A stretch of 64,000 nucleotides of DNA from the human T2T-CHM13v2.0 reference genome, Homo sapiens, in the NCBI RefSeq assembly GCF_009914755.1, contig NC_060933.1, one strand, 5' to 3'. The notes beneath the pieces are model-generated. The model saw only the letters and a list, made by a program, of their open reading frames with translations. It was not told the DNA's origin and did no database searches. The position numbers and the translations under genes are program-made. Position 1 is the stretch's first letter. Each line of letters opens with the position of its first letter. Of this stretch, positions 39,501 to 51,205 are shown piece after piece.

Positions 39501-42500
39501 TATTTAATTTCCATGTATTTTCATGGTTTGGAAGGTTCCTTTTGGAATTGCTTTCCAGTTTTATTCCACTGTGGTCTGAGAGAGTGCTTAAAATAATTTT
39601 AATTTTCTGAAATTTATTGAGGCTCATTTTGTGGCCTATCATATGGTCTATCTTGGAGAACATTCCATGTGCTGGTGAATGGAATGTGTATTCTGCAGTT
39701 GTTGGATGAAGTGTTTTGTATATATCTGTTAAGTCCATTTGTTCCAAGGTATAGTTTAAATCCACTGTTTCTTTGTTGACTTCCTATCTTGATGACCTGT
39801 CTAGTACTGTCAGTGTAATATTGAAGCCCCCACTATTATTGTGTTGTTATCTCATTTCTTAGGTCTATTAGTAATTATTTTATAAATTTGGGAGCTGCAG
39901 TGTTAGGTGCATATATGTTCACAATTGTGATATTTTCCTGTTAGACAAGGCCTTTTACCATTGTATACTGTCCCTCTTTGTCTCCTTTAACCACTGTTGC
40001 TTTAAAGTTTGTTTTGTCTGATATAAGAATAGTTACCCCTGCTCACTTTTGGTGTCCATTTGCATGAAATGCCTTTTTCCACCCCTTTAAATTTATGTAA
40101 GTCCTTATGTGTTAGTTGAGTCTCCTGAAGGCAGCAGATAGTTGGTTGGTGACTTCTTATATATTCTGTGGTTCTGTATCTTTTAAGTGGAGCATTTAGG
40201 CCATTTACATTCAATATCAGTATTGAAATGTGAGGTACCATTGCTTTCATCATGCTCATTGTTGCCTGTGTACTTTGGTTTTTTGTTTTTGTTTTTTAAC
40301 TTGTATTTTTGTTTTATAGGTCCTGTGTGATTTATGTTTTAAAGAGATTCTGTTTTGATGTGTTTCCAGGGTTTAAGATTTAGAGTTCCTTTTAGCAGTT
40401 CTCGTAGTGGTGGTTTGGTAATGGCGAATTCTCCCAGCATTTGTTTGTCTGAAAACAAGTGTATCTTTCCTTCATATATTATGCTTAGTTTTGGGGGATA
40501 CAAAATTCTTTGCTGATAATTGTTTTGTTTGAGGAGAGTGAAGATAGGTCCCCAATCCCTTCTAGCTTGTAGGGTTTCTGCTGAGAAATCTTCTGTTAAT
40601 CTGATAGGTTTTCCTTTATAGGTTACCTGGTGCTTCTGTCTCACAGCTCTTAAGATTCTTTCCTTTGTCTTAACTTTGGATAACTTGATGACAGTGTGCC
40701 TAGGTGAAGATCTTTTTGCAATGAATTTCCCAGGTGTTCTTTGTGCTTCCTATATTTGGCTGTCTAGGTCTCTCACAAGGCTGGGGAAGTTTTCCTCAAT
40801 TATTCCCCCCGATATGTTTTCTAGGCTTTCAGAATTCTCTTCTTCCTCAGGTACACTGATTATTCTTAGGTTTGGTCATTTAGCATAACCCCAGACTTCT
40901 TGGATGTTTTGTTCATATTTTCTTATTCTTTTTCTTTGTCTTTGTTGGATTGGGTTAATTTGAAGACCTTATCTTCAAGCTCTGAATTTCTTTCTTCTGC
41001 TGAGACTTTACAGAGCATTTTGCATTTCTAAAAGTGTGTCCAAAGTTTTCTGAATTTTTGATTGTTTTTTTTCTTTAAGCTATCTGTTTCCATGAATATC
41101 TCTCCCTTCTCTTCTTGTATCATTTTTTGGACTTCCTTGCATTGGGCTTTACCTTTCTCTGGTCTCGCCCTGATTAGCTTAATAACTAACCTCCTGAATT
41201 CTTTTTCAGATAAATCAGGGATTTCTTCTTGGTTTGGATCCATTGCTGGTGAACTAGTGTGATTTTTTTGTGGGGGGGTGTTGAAGAGCCTTGTTTTGTC
41301 ATATTACCAGGGTTGGTTTTCTGGTTTCTTCTCATTTGGGTAGGCTCTGTCAGAGGGAAGGTCTATGGCTGAAGACTGTTGTTCAGATTCTTTTGTCCCA
41401 AGGGGTGTTCCCTTGATGTGTAGTACTCTCCCCCTTTTCCTATGGATGTGGCTTCCTATGAGCCAAACTTCAGTGATTGTTATCTCTCTTCTGGGTCTAG
41501 CTACCCAGCGAGTCCACCCAGCAACAGGCTGGTTGGGGGTTTCTGCACAGAGTCCTGTGATGTGAATTGTCTAAGGGGTCTCTCAGCCATGGATACCAGC
41601 ACCTGTTCTGGTGGAGGTGGCAGAGTGTGCAATGGACTCTCTGAGGGTCCTTAGCTTTGGTGATTTAATGGTCTATTTTTGTGCTCATTGGCCTCCTGCC
41701 AGGAGGTGGCACTTTCTAAAAACTGTCAGCTATAGTAGTGTGGAGAGAGACCAGAGGTGGGCGGGGCCCTAGAATCCCCAAGATTATATGCCCTTTGTCT
41801 TCCACTACTAGGGTGGGTAGGGAAGGACCATCAGGTAGGGTGGGGAGAGATGTGTCTGAGCTTAGACTCTCCTTGGGCAGGTCTTGCTGCGGCTGCTGTG
41901 GGAGATGAGGGTGAGATTCCCAGGTCACTGGAGTTGTGTACCTAGGAGGATTATGGCTGCCTCTGCTGAGTCGTACAGGTTGTCAGGGAAGTGGGGGAAA
42001 GCCAGCAGTCATGAAGGGCTGGTCTCACTCTCACCGTGACCCCCGCAACAGCCCCGAGTCTGTTTCCAGGTGGAGGGCGAGATGGGCTTGAAAATTTCTC
42101 TGAGGCTACGCACCTCCCAGCTGCGAGAAAAAAGAGTTTTAGTTCTTCCACACCTGTGTAGTCTGCACGCCGGATTTATGCCCTCCCCGGAGTTCTGGCC
42201 AGGAGGCTTCTCACCACGTTTAAATTGTTACAAAGTTCAGCTACAGAGTTCCTTCTCCCTGTGGAGTTTTACCCCCTGCTCCTCTGGCCACCCTCCCAAT
42301 GGATCCCTGTGATGCCAGGCAGGAATGGGCCGCTTGGGGACCCAGTGAGATCCCAGGGCCTTCCTGCTGCTTCCTCTACCCCTGTATTTCACTTGGCTCT
42401 CTAACTTGACTCAGCTCCAGGTAAAGTCGGAAACTTCTGCAAACAGACCTTCAGCTTCTCCAGTGGGGGGTGTGTGTTTGGGAGAGGAGGGTCTCCCTTT

Positions 42501-42712
42501 CCCATTTCTGCAGCTGGGGCACTCACAGTATTTGCAGTGTCTCCTGGGTCCTGCAGGAGCAGTCTGCTCTTTTCAGAGGGCCTGTGGGGTCCTCTTGGGA
42601 TTGCTGGTTTGTTCTTGCAGTCAATCTGGAGCTAAAATTCACAATGCAAGCCTCCGCATGCTGCTCTGCCTGGAGCTACAATCTATTCCTGCCTCCCTTC
42701 TGCCGTGATAAC
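36118..42712 (-). mobile_element. Full-length decayed LINE-1 (L1PB1-like 3' end, L1PBa-like 5' end), antisense to ZNF462
   Basis: T-rich tail at ~36118 and an L1PB-type 3' UTR. Colinear ORF2 fragments on the minus strand: endonuclease (ILNVNGLNAPLKR 40002-40259; 39448-39765), RT ([41 protein letters not shown] 38412-38654; FAD 37946-38158), C-terminal (37117-37892, 36551-36751). ORF1 fragments (QVTYKGKPIRLTEDFSAETLQARRDW 40339-40644; 41028-41243). GC-richer 5' UTR to ~42710. Many stops and frameshifts. Possible short TSD GCTTTTC (36111-36117 / 42723-42729). Confidence 0.95.
36502..36547. repeat. (GT)n microsatellite inside the L1 3' region
   Basis: Directly visible, about 23 units. Confidence 0.95.
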
Positions 42713-43139
42713 AGAGATCCCTGCTTTTCCTTTAAAGGTATGGGTAGAGCAATGTGTTGATTGAGAATTGATGATATAAAGATATAATCACCAAAAATTA
42801 TCTTCATAACCTTAAGGCTGGAGTTTCTAAAATCACTGAATATGGATTGTCTGAGGTTATTGATTTAGAAGTAGTCATTCAAGAATCCCAGACAGGGTGG
42901 AAAAAAAGAATGTCATTGTCAGCAGAAGAGTCAACATTCTTAGTAATCTGAAATAAGAAAGTTGAGTTTATTGATAACTAGTACTTTATCAGTCACCCCA
43001 GTTGTTTTACATTTGATGATTATTTTTAAATGTTTAACGTGTTGAAATTTGTTGAAAATTTTTCACATCATTAAGTAGAAAATGAAAGTGTTATTCACTT
43101 GGGCCCACGCCTAGATAATTTACCTTATTTGTAAATTTT

Positions 43140-45196
43140 GAAAACTTTATCTCCTCTTTTCTAGTAGTTGTTTCTCTTACTTTGTTTTCTTGTACAAATG
43201 CATTGGCTAGCATTTCCACAACAATGCTAACTACCAGTGATAATCCTTGTCTGGTTTTTTACTTTAATTTTTCTAATGTTTCATCATTAAGTATAACACT
43301 GAGTTTATCTTGAATTGCATCAAGTGCTCTTCAGCCTCTTTGGTACTGATAAAATTATTATTTTCTTTTTTGACATTTTAATATAGTGGAGTGTTGATAG
43401 ATTTTCCTGTATTGAAATTGACTTTTCTCAGTCAACCCTACTTGATCTTGGAGGGATATTTGTTTAATGAGCTCCTGGATTTTATTTTGAATTTCTGCCT
43501 CAATATTTCTAAGTGACATTTTTCTGCTTTTTACTAGTATTTATTGTGGACTAAGCTCTGTAATCTGTGTCACACTGGATTTGGAAATACATTGGTAACA
43601 ATCTTGTGCTTGAGACTTTAGACCAGTTTAAAAAGCATCTGATTTACTGATTCCTTAATGTCACTTAAGATGTTTTGGTGATTAGGTTGGCTATTTGACT
43701 GTTTGCTAGTCTTTCATTGATATTGTTTCTTCTTGGATTAATTTTGGTAATATATGTGTTTCTAGACACATTACATTAGTTTTACATATATTGCCATGAG
43801 TTTTACATGGTAATTTTAAAATTATAATACATTTTCCTTTACATTTTTGGATAGTGTCTACTTCTTATACTTATTTTCTATATTTATGTTTTGCCCTACT
43901 CCCTTTTTGTTGTTAATTAGGCTAGCTAATTGTTTTAAATTAATTTTATATAGCATATTTTTAAAAAATAAAAGTTACTGAGGAAATTACCTTATGATGT
44001 AATATATTGATTCCTGAGTTTGTTTTTAATGTAGTCAAATCTTTTCTTCGACTTTTCTTCTTCTGTCTTTCCATTTCCCCCTGTACTTGAGTTAGATGTT
44101 TGATTCATTTAGTATTATTATTTCTTGCTTTATAATTTTCATAGATCTGTGAAATTTCCTCTAAGTATTGCTTTTACCAGATTCCATATTTAAATACATA
44201 GCATTTTAAAAGTCATACTCTACTGGTGAGTTTTTATTTCTGGTTACCCCAGAAATTACTTAGGAGAATGTTAAAAAATTTTCTCAAATGTTTGGGATTT
44301 TTCTTTTTTTCTTTTTTTTAACATACCTTTATTTCACTGTAAGTAGAAATTGTGTACTATTTTTTAAATTTGTAATGTATTATCTCTTAATTGTGGCATT
44401 AAAGACTTCTATAAACCTCCACGGGCACTTGAAAACTTTTGTAGATGTCTCACAGATACTTGAAATGAAAATATGTTTTCTATTTCCAGATATAGAATAT
44501 GAAATGTACCTCTTAACTCAGTTCTATGAATTACATGAATTTTATCCTTGGTGGTCTTTCTCCAATTAATCTGTTAAGTGCTTATGCCTATTTCTTGTAT
44601 CTGTTGCCATCTTTATTTCTTTATTTATTTGGTGCTGCTAGAGAGCAGAAATATTCATAATAAATCTCCATTGTGGATTGTACTTTTACATTATTAAGTG
44701 TTCATCTCTATCATGTTAAAAGCTTTTGTATCTTGAATTTAACCATGAATAACATTAATCATGATTTCTTCCTTCTTTTGCTTGGTATATGTTTAATGAT
44801 ATTAGATTTTCAAACTTTTTGTATCATTTTACTATATATGTGTCTCTTACAGACAGAATCCAGTTAGAGATTGTTTTTCAATTTACTCTGGGGATATTTT
44901 CCAGAGGAAGAATTATCCAATTCACATTTATTGATATATCACATATACCTAATTCTAATTAATTTTATGCATTCTCTTTTATATTTCTGTGCAATTTCCT
45001 TTGTCCTCTTCATTTTATTATATAATCTGCATTTTCTTTGAGTTCTTTCCTCTAGTAATTCAAAGCTATAGTCTGTTTTTATTTTTATTACTGATTAAAT
45101 TAATGTTCTTACACCTTTATTTGGAAATTTGTTAACTTCAGAAATGAAATAGTATGAGTATTTCTGTCCTGCTGTGAAAGTTGAGAATATTTGCCC

Positions 45197-45275
<79 letters not shown>

Positions 45276-46600
45276 AGACTGGGTCTCACTCTATCACCCA
45301 GACAAGAGTGCAGTGACATGATCTCGGCTCACTGCAACCTCTGCCTCCCAGGCTCAAGCAATTCTCCTGTCTCAGCCTCCCGAGCAGCTGGGATTATAGG
45401 CACATGCCACTACCACCTGGCTAATTTTTGTATTTTTAGTAGAGATGGGTTTCACCATGTTGGCCAGACTGGTCTTGAACTCCTGACCTCAAATGATCCA
45501 CTTGCTTCTGCATCCCAGAGTGCTGGGATTACAGGCCCGTTAATATTTATCCTCTAAAGCTTTTTCACTTCCATCTGTGTATTTTATTATGGTTAAGTTT
45601 TTTTTCCAATTCTACATACTTTTATAGTTATTGTTACGGAATTATTTATTGTTATAACCACTACATTTAAGGAATTATAATTTTATTTTGTAAGTATTAT
45701 CAATTATTCAATTTTAGTTCTAAATGTAAGTGGATTCAATGCTCACAGCTTCTGCTTACCTCTAAATTACCTATTCTTGAGATCTTGATTTTGAACCTTC
45801 CGTTGGTTGTATTTTGAAGAAAAGTTACTTACATGCTGCATTCTCTGACTATGCTGATTAGAAAATCATTTTTTATTACTTTTATATATTTAAAAAACTG
45901 GTTGTGAACTTAGTTGGGAATTGAATACTTCGGTATTGTTCTCTCTTTCTTGAGCCTCTACAGACACAGCTTCACTTTTTTTCTGTCATCAAATGTTACT
46001 GTGAAAAAGTCAGAGGACACCTGACTTTTTCTGTTATAATTGACTAATTGTTAAAGGTCTTGATGTATATAGGATTCAATGTTTAGCCTTGAAATTCTGT
46101 AACCTCACCAAGATGTTTCCATTTTACTGATTCAGTCTTACTTTTTCTTGGAATAACAGATACTCTTTTATTTCAACTAAGTATTTTCTACCACAGATTT
46201 AAGCATATTTTGTTTTGCTTTGTTTTGTTTTGCTGTCTACTTCTACGAAACCTTTTATCTGTATGTTCGATCTGTTTTCAAACCTTCTTATCTGTCATCT
46301 TCTCCACTTGCTTTCATCTACTTGTCCTTTTCCTCTGCATTTTGTGCAGTTTTTTGAAGACTGTTTTCCACATCATCAACATTGTTTTTGATTTGTGGAT
46401 TTTGCCTCTTATAACTTTAATATATTTATTACTTCTGCAATGATATTATTTTTGTCATCATTTTCTTTCTTCAACTGCCAGCCTCTCTTTCATCTTGTGC
46501 TGATGTCTTGTCATCTTGTCTTTGATCTCTTCTTTCATAGAATCTCTGTTAATTGTTGTATATAATTTTCTTCTGTGTCCTGTTCCTCCAAAATAGATTT
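43140..46600 (-). mobile_element. Ancient, heavily degraded L1M-type LINE, interrupted by an Alu
   Basis: Very T-rich + strand with residual L1-antisense phrases (tggctagcatttccacaacaatg...atccttgtctgg...tttcatcattaagtata; ttcacatttattgata; tcttacagacagaat). Subfamily and ends are uncertain. Confidence 0.6.
45197..45536 (-). mobile_element. Alu (AluS-type), slightly 5'-truncated, with ~40-nt poly-T tail preceded by (TA)n
   Basis: (TA)n 45197-45234, T-run to 45274; Alu body ends at gggattacaggc (45536), lacking the first ~20 nt. Confidence 0.95.
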
Positions 46601-47726
46601 TTTCATGGGTCGTTTCCATGCTACATTTTTCTGTCGTCCTCCACCCCTTGTTTTAGTTTTTTTTTTTTTTTTTTTTTTTTAATAACTCATTTGTCTTCGA
46701 GGCATAACTAGCAGAACTTTTTCTTGGCCCTCAAAAAATGAGAGAAACATCTCTTTAAATCCCCTCCTCAAGCCTTGCTTAATTCTGCTTTTAGAACCTG
46801 AGTTTGTGTCTTGATGGCTTGACTTGCTTCAGTAGTCCTTCAGCAGTTTAAAAGGGTTCTGGCTAGGTTCCTGGGCAGGACACAGTTGAATTTTTCTCTC
46901 TGAACTTCATGATTCTAAGTTTTAAGTCTTGCTTTTGATTCAAGGGTCCTGTCAGTTTATGGGTTTGGTGTGGCCAAACTCTTTTTTTCTTTGTCTATGT
47001 TTTGTCTTTCTTTTTCCCCAGCCAAGCCTTTGTTAGCAGTGTGAGACAATTAGCCACCATTTTTTTCTGGAAGTTTCTTTGGTTAGCCTAAAGCATATAT
47101 CCTTCTTTTGAGAGATTTCCAGACACATCTTTGTCTTCAGATGTTGGTTCTTAACTGAGAGTTTAGCCCTGCAATATAGCTTTAGGGCAACAATCAAATG
47201 ACCACTCTAAGCTTGGAGGTATTTTCTAATAAGATTTTATTTATCACGAAAGCGTCATGTCATGGAAGAGTCTGGGATCCTGAGGATTTACCCAACTCTT
47301 AGTATTTTCTAGGTAAAATACTCTGATTCTTTCCTTTGTGGATCCATGTCCTGCTTTAGAAATATCAAGGACACTGTGTCATGAACCCTTCTGAAGTTTT
47401 TAAGGGAGGTAGGTATCAGTATCAGCACTTGAAGTAGCCACAGTCTTCATTCTTTCAAGACCAGTAATTGTCTTTTATGAGTGTACTCATGTTAGTTTCT
47501 GATGCTGGTTCTGCAACTTAGTATTTTCTCATTAATTGCTATATAAGAAGTTAAATATTTGCAAACAGTAGTTGTCTCCTGTGCTCTTCAAGGACTGTGT
47601 AGCTATTATTGCATTCATCCAGTCGGCAGCATTTTAAAATAGGGCTCCAATGCAGTGGAGCAAGGAATGCTCACTGTTCTAGCTGGTGGTCTCAGGGACT
47701 GTTTCATACAGGAAGGAAAACTTGAG

Positions 47727-47909
47727 CTTGGTCTTAAAACTTGCTTGGGCCTCAGAATCACCCTGAGAATATGTAAAAAAAAATTACTGGACCTCAACAC
47801 CAGAGTTTCTGATTCAAGTCTTGGGTGGAACTCAATAATTTGCATTTCTAACAAGTTCTTTGGTGATGCTGATGCTGCTGGTCCAGGGATTAGACTTTGA
47901 GAACCACTG
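47727..47909 (-). mobile_element. MER5A hAT-Charlie MITE
   Basis: cagaatcacc...cagagtttctgattca...aatttgcatttctaacaagttc...ggtgatgctgatgctgctggtcc...actttgagaaccactg. Confidence 0.88.
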
Positions 47910-48947
47910 TCGTAAAGGATGGGAATTACTTAGACCTTCCAAAAGCAGGTAAAAGTGTTCTACATGGAGGAAAACCGTGAACAAACATAGAGATCTCAAC
48001 ATCTTCCTGATTTTCTAAGCTATTCTCTTCAGAATGATAACAGGCTTTTCTAAGAGACCCTTAGGGAAGATAGTTTAAAAGTTAAAGATGATTCCCAGAC
48101 TTTCTGATACATTTAGATTTTTTTATATCCAACAAATGGATATAGATACCCTCTAGGAATAAAGTTAGATAAATAAAGAATGGATAAAGATAAATTAATA
48201 TATTAGTAAAGAGAGAAAAATATTCCAAGTTGGTTTCAGAATGCAGTATATAATTTGAAGCGAAATCCAGTATGAACAATATTCTGGTATCATTAGTCTG
48301 AGTCATTCACTAGATGTTCCACAAAGAGGCTGGCTTTTTTGACAGACATTCGTAAGGCTGACTACTCCTTTCCTTTCCATTTTACATGAACCGACCCTGC
48401 TATGTCCAGATCCTCCTAAGGCTCGTTCAGCTAGCCTCTTCAGTGACTTTGTTGGCAGTGCACATTTTCCATAAGAAACAAGATGATGTTTCTCGTGGGG
48501 TAGATTTGGCAGGCATAAAGCTACTACATAACATTGTTCCGACTCCATGAGGTTGGATTCTAAAGATAATTCAGTGTTATAGCTCTTGTTCTTCTGTGTA
48601 TACCTTTGTCAGCAACTTTCAGTCTTCCAAACATGTTTCCAAAGTATAAACACACTGCTTGCATGCCTAAGAAGTTCTTTGAATAGTCAATCTGCAAAAA
48701 AATGGATTTTGTACCTTTTCAGTTACTCTCCTGGGTGTGGATTCAGAGTAGAGGAGACACTTGTGGTTATTCTGAAATCTGCCTTCCTGATGAAGACTCA
48801 TTACTGAGAATATACGGGGCATGGACCTTAAGTGTGAATACTGTTGAACAACTGACACGTATGGAATGTCTTTACTTGTGAGTTCCTGTCTCAAATTATG
48901 AAATTCAAAAGATTTTTTTTCTGGCTTCAGAAAATGCATGTGCCAGA

Positions 48948-49050
48948 AGGCTTGGGCAGGTTATTTTTCTTGAGACTTCAGTTTCACTCTCTGGAAAATG
49001 AAGATGTTGGACCAGGTTGGACTATATGGTCTTTAAGATCTCCTCTCCAT
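48948..49050 (+). mobile_element. MIR3-like fragment
   Basis: cttgggcaggttattt...cttcagtttc...tggaaaatgaagatgttggac...ggtctttaagatc. Confidence 0.6.
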
Positions 49051-49810
49051 TGGACATGATGAACCTATTGATGGTTAACTTTTAGAGTAGAGTCTTCTCT
49101 TTGACTTAAGGAAGGCACAAATAATATTTCAATATTTTTCAGGGAGGCTAAGAAGAAAAAATTCTGTTTCTACCTGATTTTGTTACACTCCCTCCACTGA
49201 AAATGTTTATACAGTTTTGAGCTATAGGACAGAATTGTTCCTCTGGCTTTCCAGGATACTTTGCAAACAAGAATAAAAAAGGCTTTGTGGAGGGAAGGCA
49301 ACCAAATGGTCTCAAGTGTAGTCAGGTGATGACTCCAGGTGTCACATCAGTTCAGGGTAGCTTAGCGGTGTTATAAACACATAGGTGGAACAATGCAGCC
49401 AGAGGCAGCTTCTCCATGGATGATGAGGAAAAGGAGGATGGTCATTTACTTAAAACTCATGGACAAGTGGAAACTTAGAATTGCCAGTGGAGACTTAGAA
49501 TTACTAGTGTCTCAGTAGTCAGCTAACCACTGTGATGTGGCTTCATTAGCTTCATAAGCACTAGGTTTTGCTTTGTTTTTCTGTTCATGGATGCTCTCTG
49601 GAATTCCTTAGGTTCTTGAACGTTTAGTTCGATTTTGTACCACTGGTTAATTTTCTCCTGGAAAGCAGGCCTGCATACAGTTAGTACTCATAGCACAAAT
49701 CTCATCAGAGCCAGACTTATGCCGGGCCCTGGGGATATAAGAATAAAAAAGAACGTATTACTTGTCCTCTGAAGAGTGACTTATAGTAGCCTGGGGCCCT
49801 GTCACTTTGA

Positions 49811-50195
<385 letters not shown>

Positions 50196-50575
50196 GACTT
50201 GACCATTTTTAATGACATTTGCCCCTTACTCACAAAACTCACAGGATTATCAACTGTGCAAAGGTGGATACAAAGGCCGTATCACTAGGAAAGACAGACC
50301 AGTCACATGCCTTCGCCTAGGATTTTTTTTTTTTTCTGAAGAGATTTTTGGTAACATACCCAAATTAGAAAAATAAAACTGAAAACTCATCATGATATCA
50401 TATAGCATGAGGGCTGCTAAGATCATTTAGAACCACACAATTCTAAAATCTTGGACCTGGGCTCTCCCAGGTTGTTGACCCTCTAAGGATCCAGAGACTC
50501 CCCAGCCAGGACCCCATAAAGGGCCTCTGAAGACAGGTGGGTTATATGCAGAGAACGAAAATACCTGGAGATCAT

Positions 50576-50783
50576 TAAGTTTTCAGTCTCAGCACTATTG
50601 ACATTTGGAGCTAGATAATTCTTTGTCGTGGGGACTGTCCTGTGCGTTGTAGAATGCTTAGCAGTATCCATAGCCTTTACCCACAGATGCTGGGTATGAT
50701 AACTAAAACTGCCTGCAGATACTGCCAAACAGCCCCAAGTTGGGGCAAGCGGGGAATAAAATTACCGCTCGTTGGGACTACTG
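50576..50783 (-). mobile_element. MER20 hAT-Charlie MITE
   Basis: ctcagcactattgacatttggagctagataattctttgtcgtggggactgtcctgtgcgttgtagaatgcttagcagtatcc...gggactactg. Confidence 0.87.
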
Positions 50784-50871
50784 CTTTATGACAACACAGG
50801 GTTAGTAGAGTCATCTAACACTCATGACCAATCTCTGTTGGTTGGTTGGAATCCTATCATTCAGAAGCTCT

Positions 50872-51205
50872 AGTTCATTCATTTGTTCCTTCCTTCATTC
50901 AGCGTATATTTCTGAGTACCTGTTGAGTACACTGAGTGTTCCCAAGGCTGAAGAGCCAGACAGACCTAGACTCCTTCTAAGGGTACTTGTGTTCTGGTGG
51001 GAAGAAAAGACCACAAACAAACAAGGGTCATGCCAATAGTGAAGGAAATAAAGTAGTGGATTGTGGTAGAGAGAAACTGTGTGTGGGTTGGTGGTGTGAG
51101 TAGGGGTTTCAATTTTGTAGATTTTGTAAGGGTTGGGAGTGGTGGCTAAGATAGAGTTGTCAAGGAAAGCCCCTGGATTTAATTTATAAGAAGGCAGTCA
51201 CATGA
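50872..51205 (-). mobile_element. L2 LINE 3' fragment
   Basis: ttcattcatttgttccttccttcattcagcgtatatttctgagtacctg...gttctggtggg...gtcaaggaaagccc. Confidence 0.65.

Noticed and set aside
36551-41243. Endonuclease, reverse-transcriptase and ORF1-like peptides as an active or domesticated gene
   Set aside because: Colinear fragments of one L1 broken by many stops and frameshifts; the RT catalytic FADD reads FADN.
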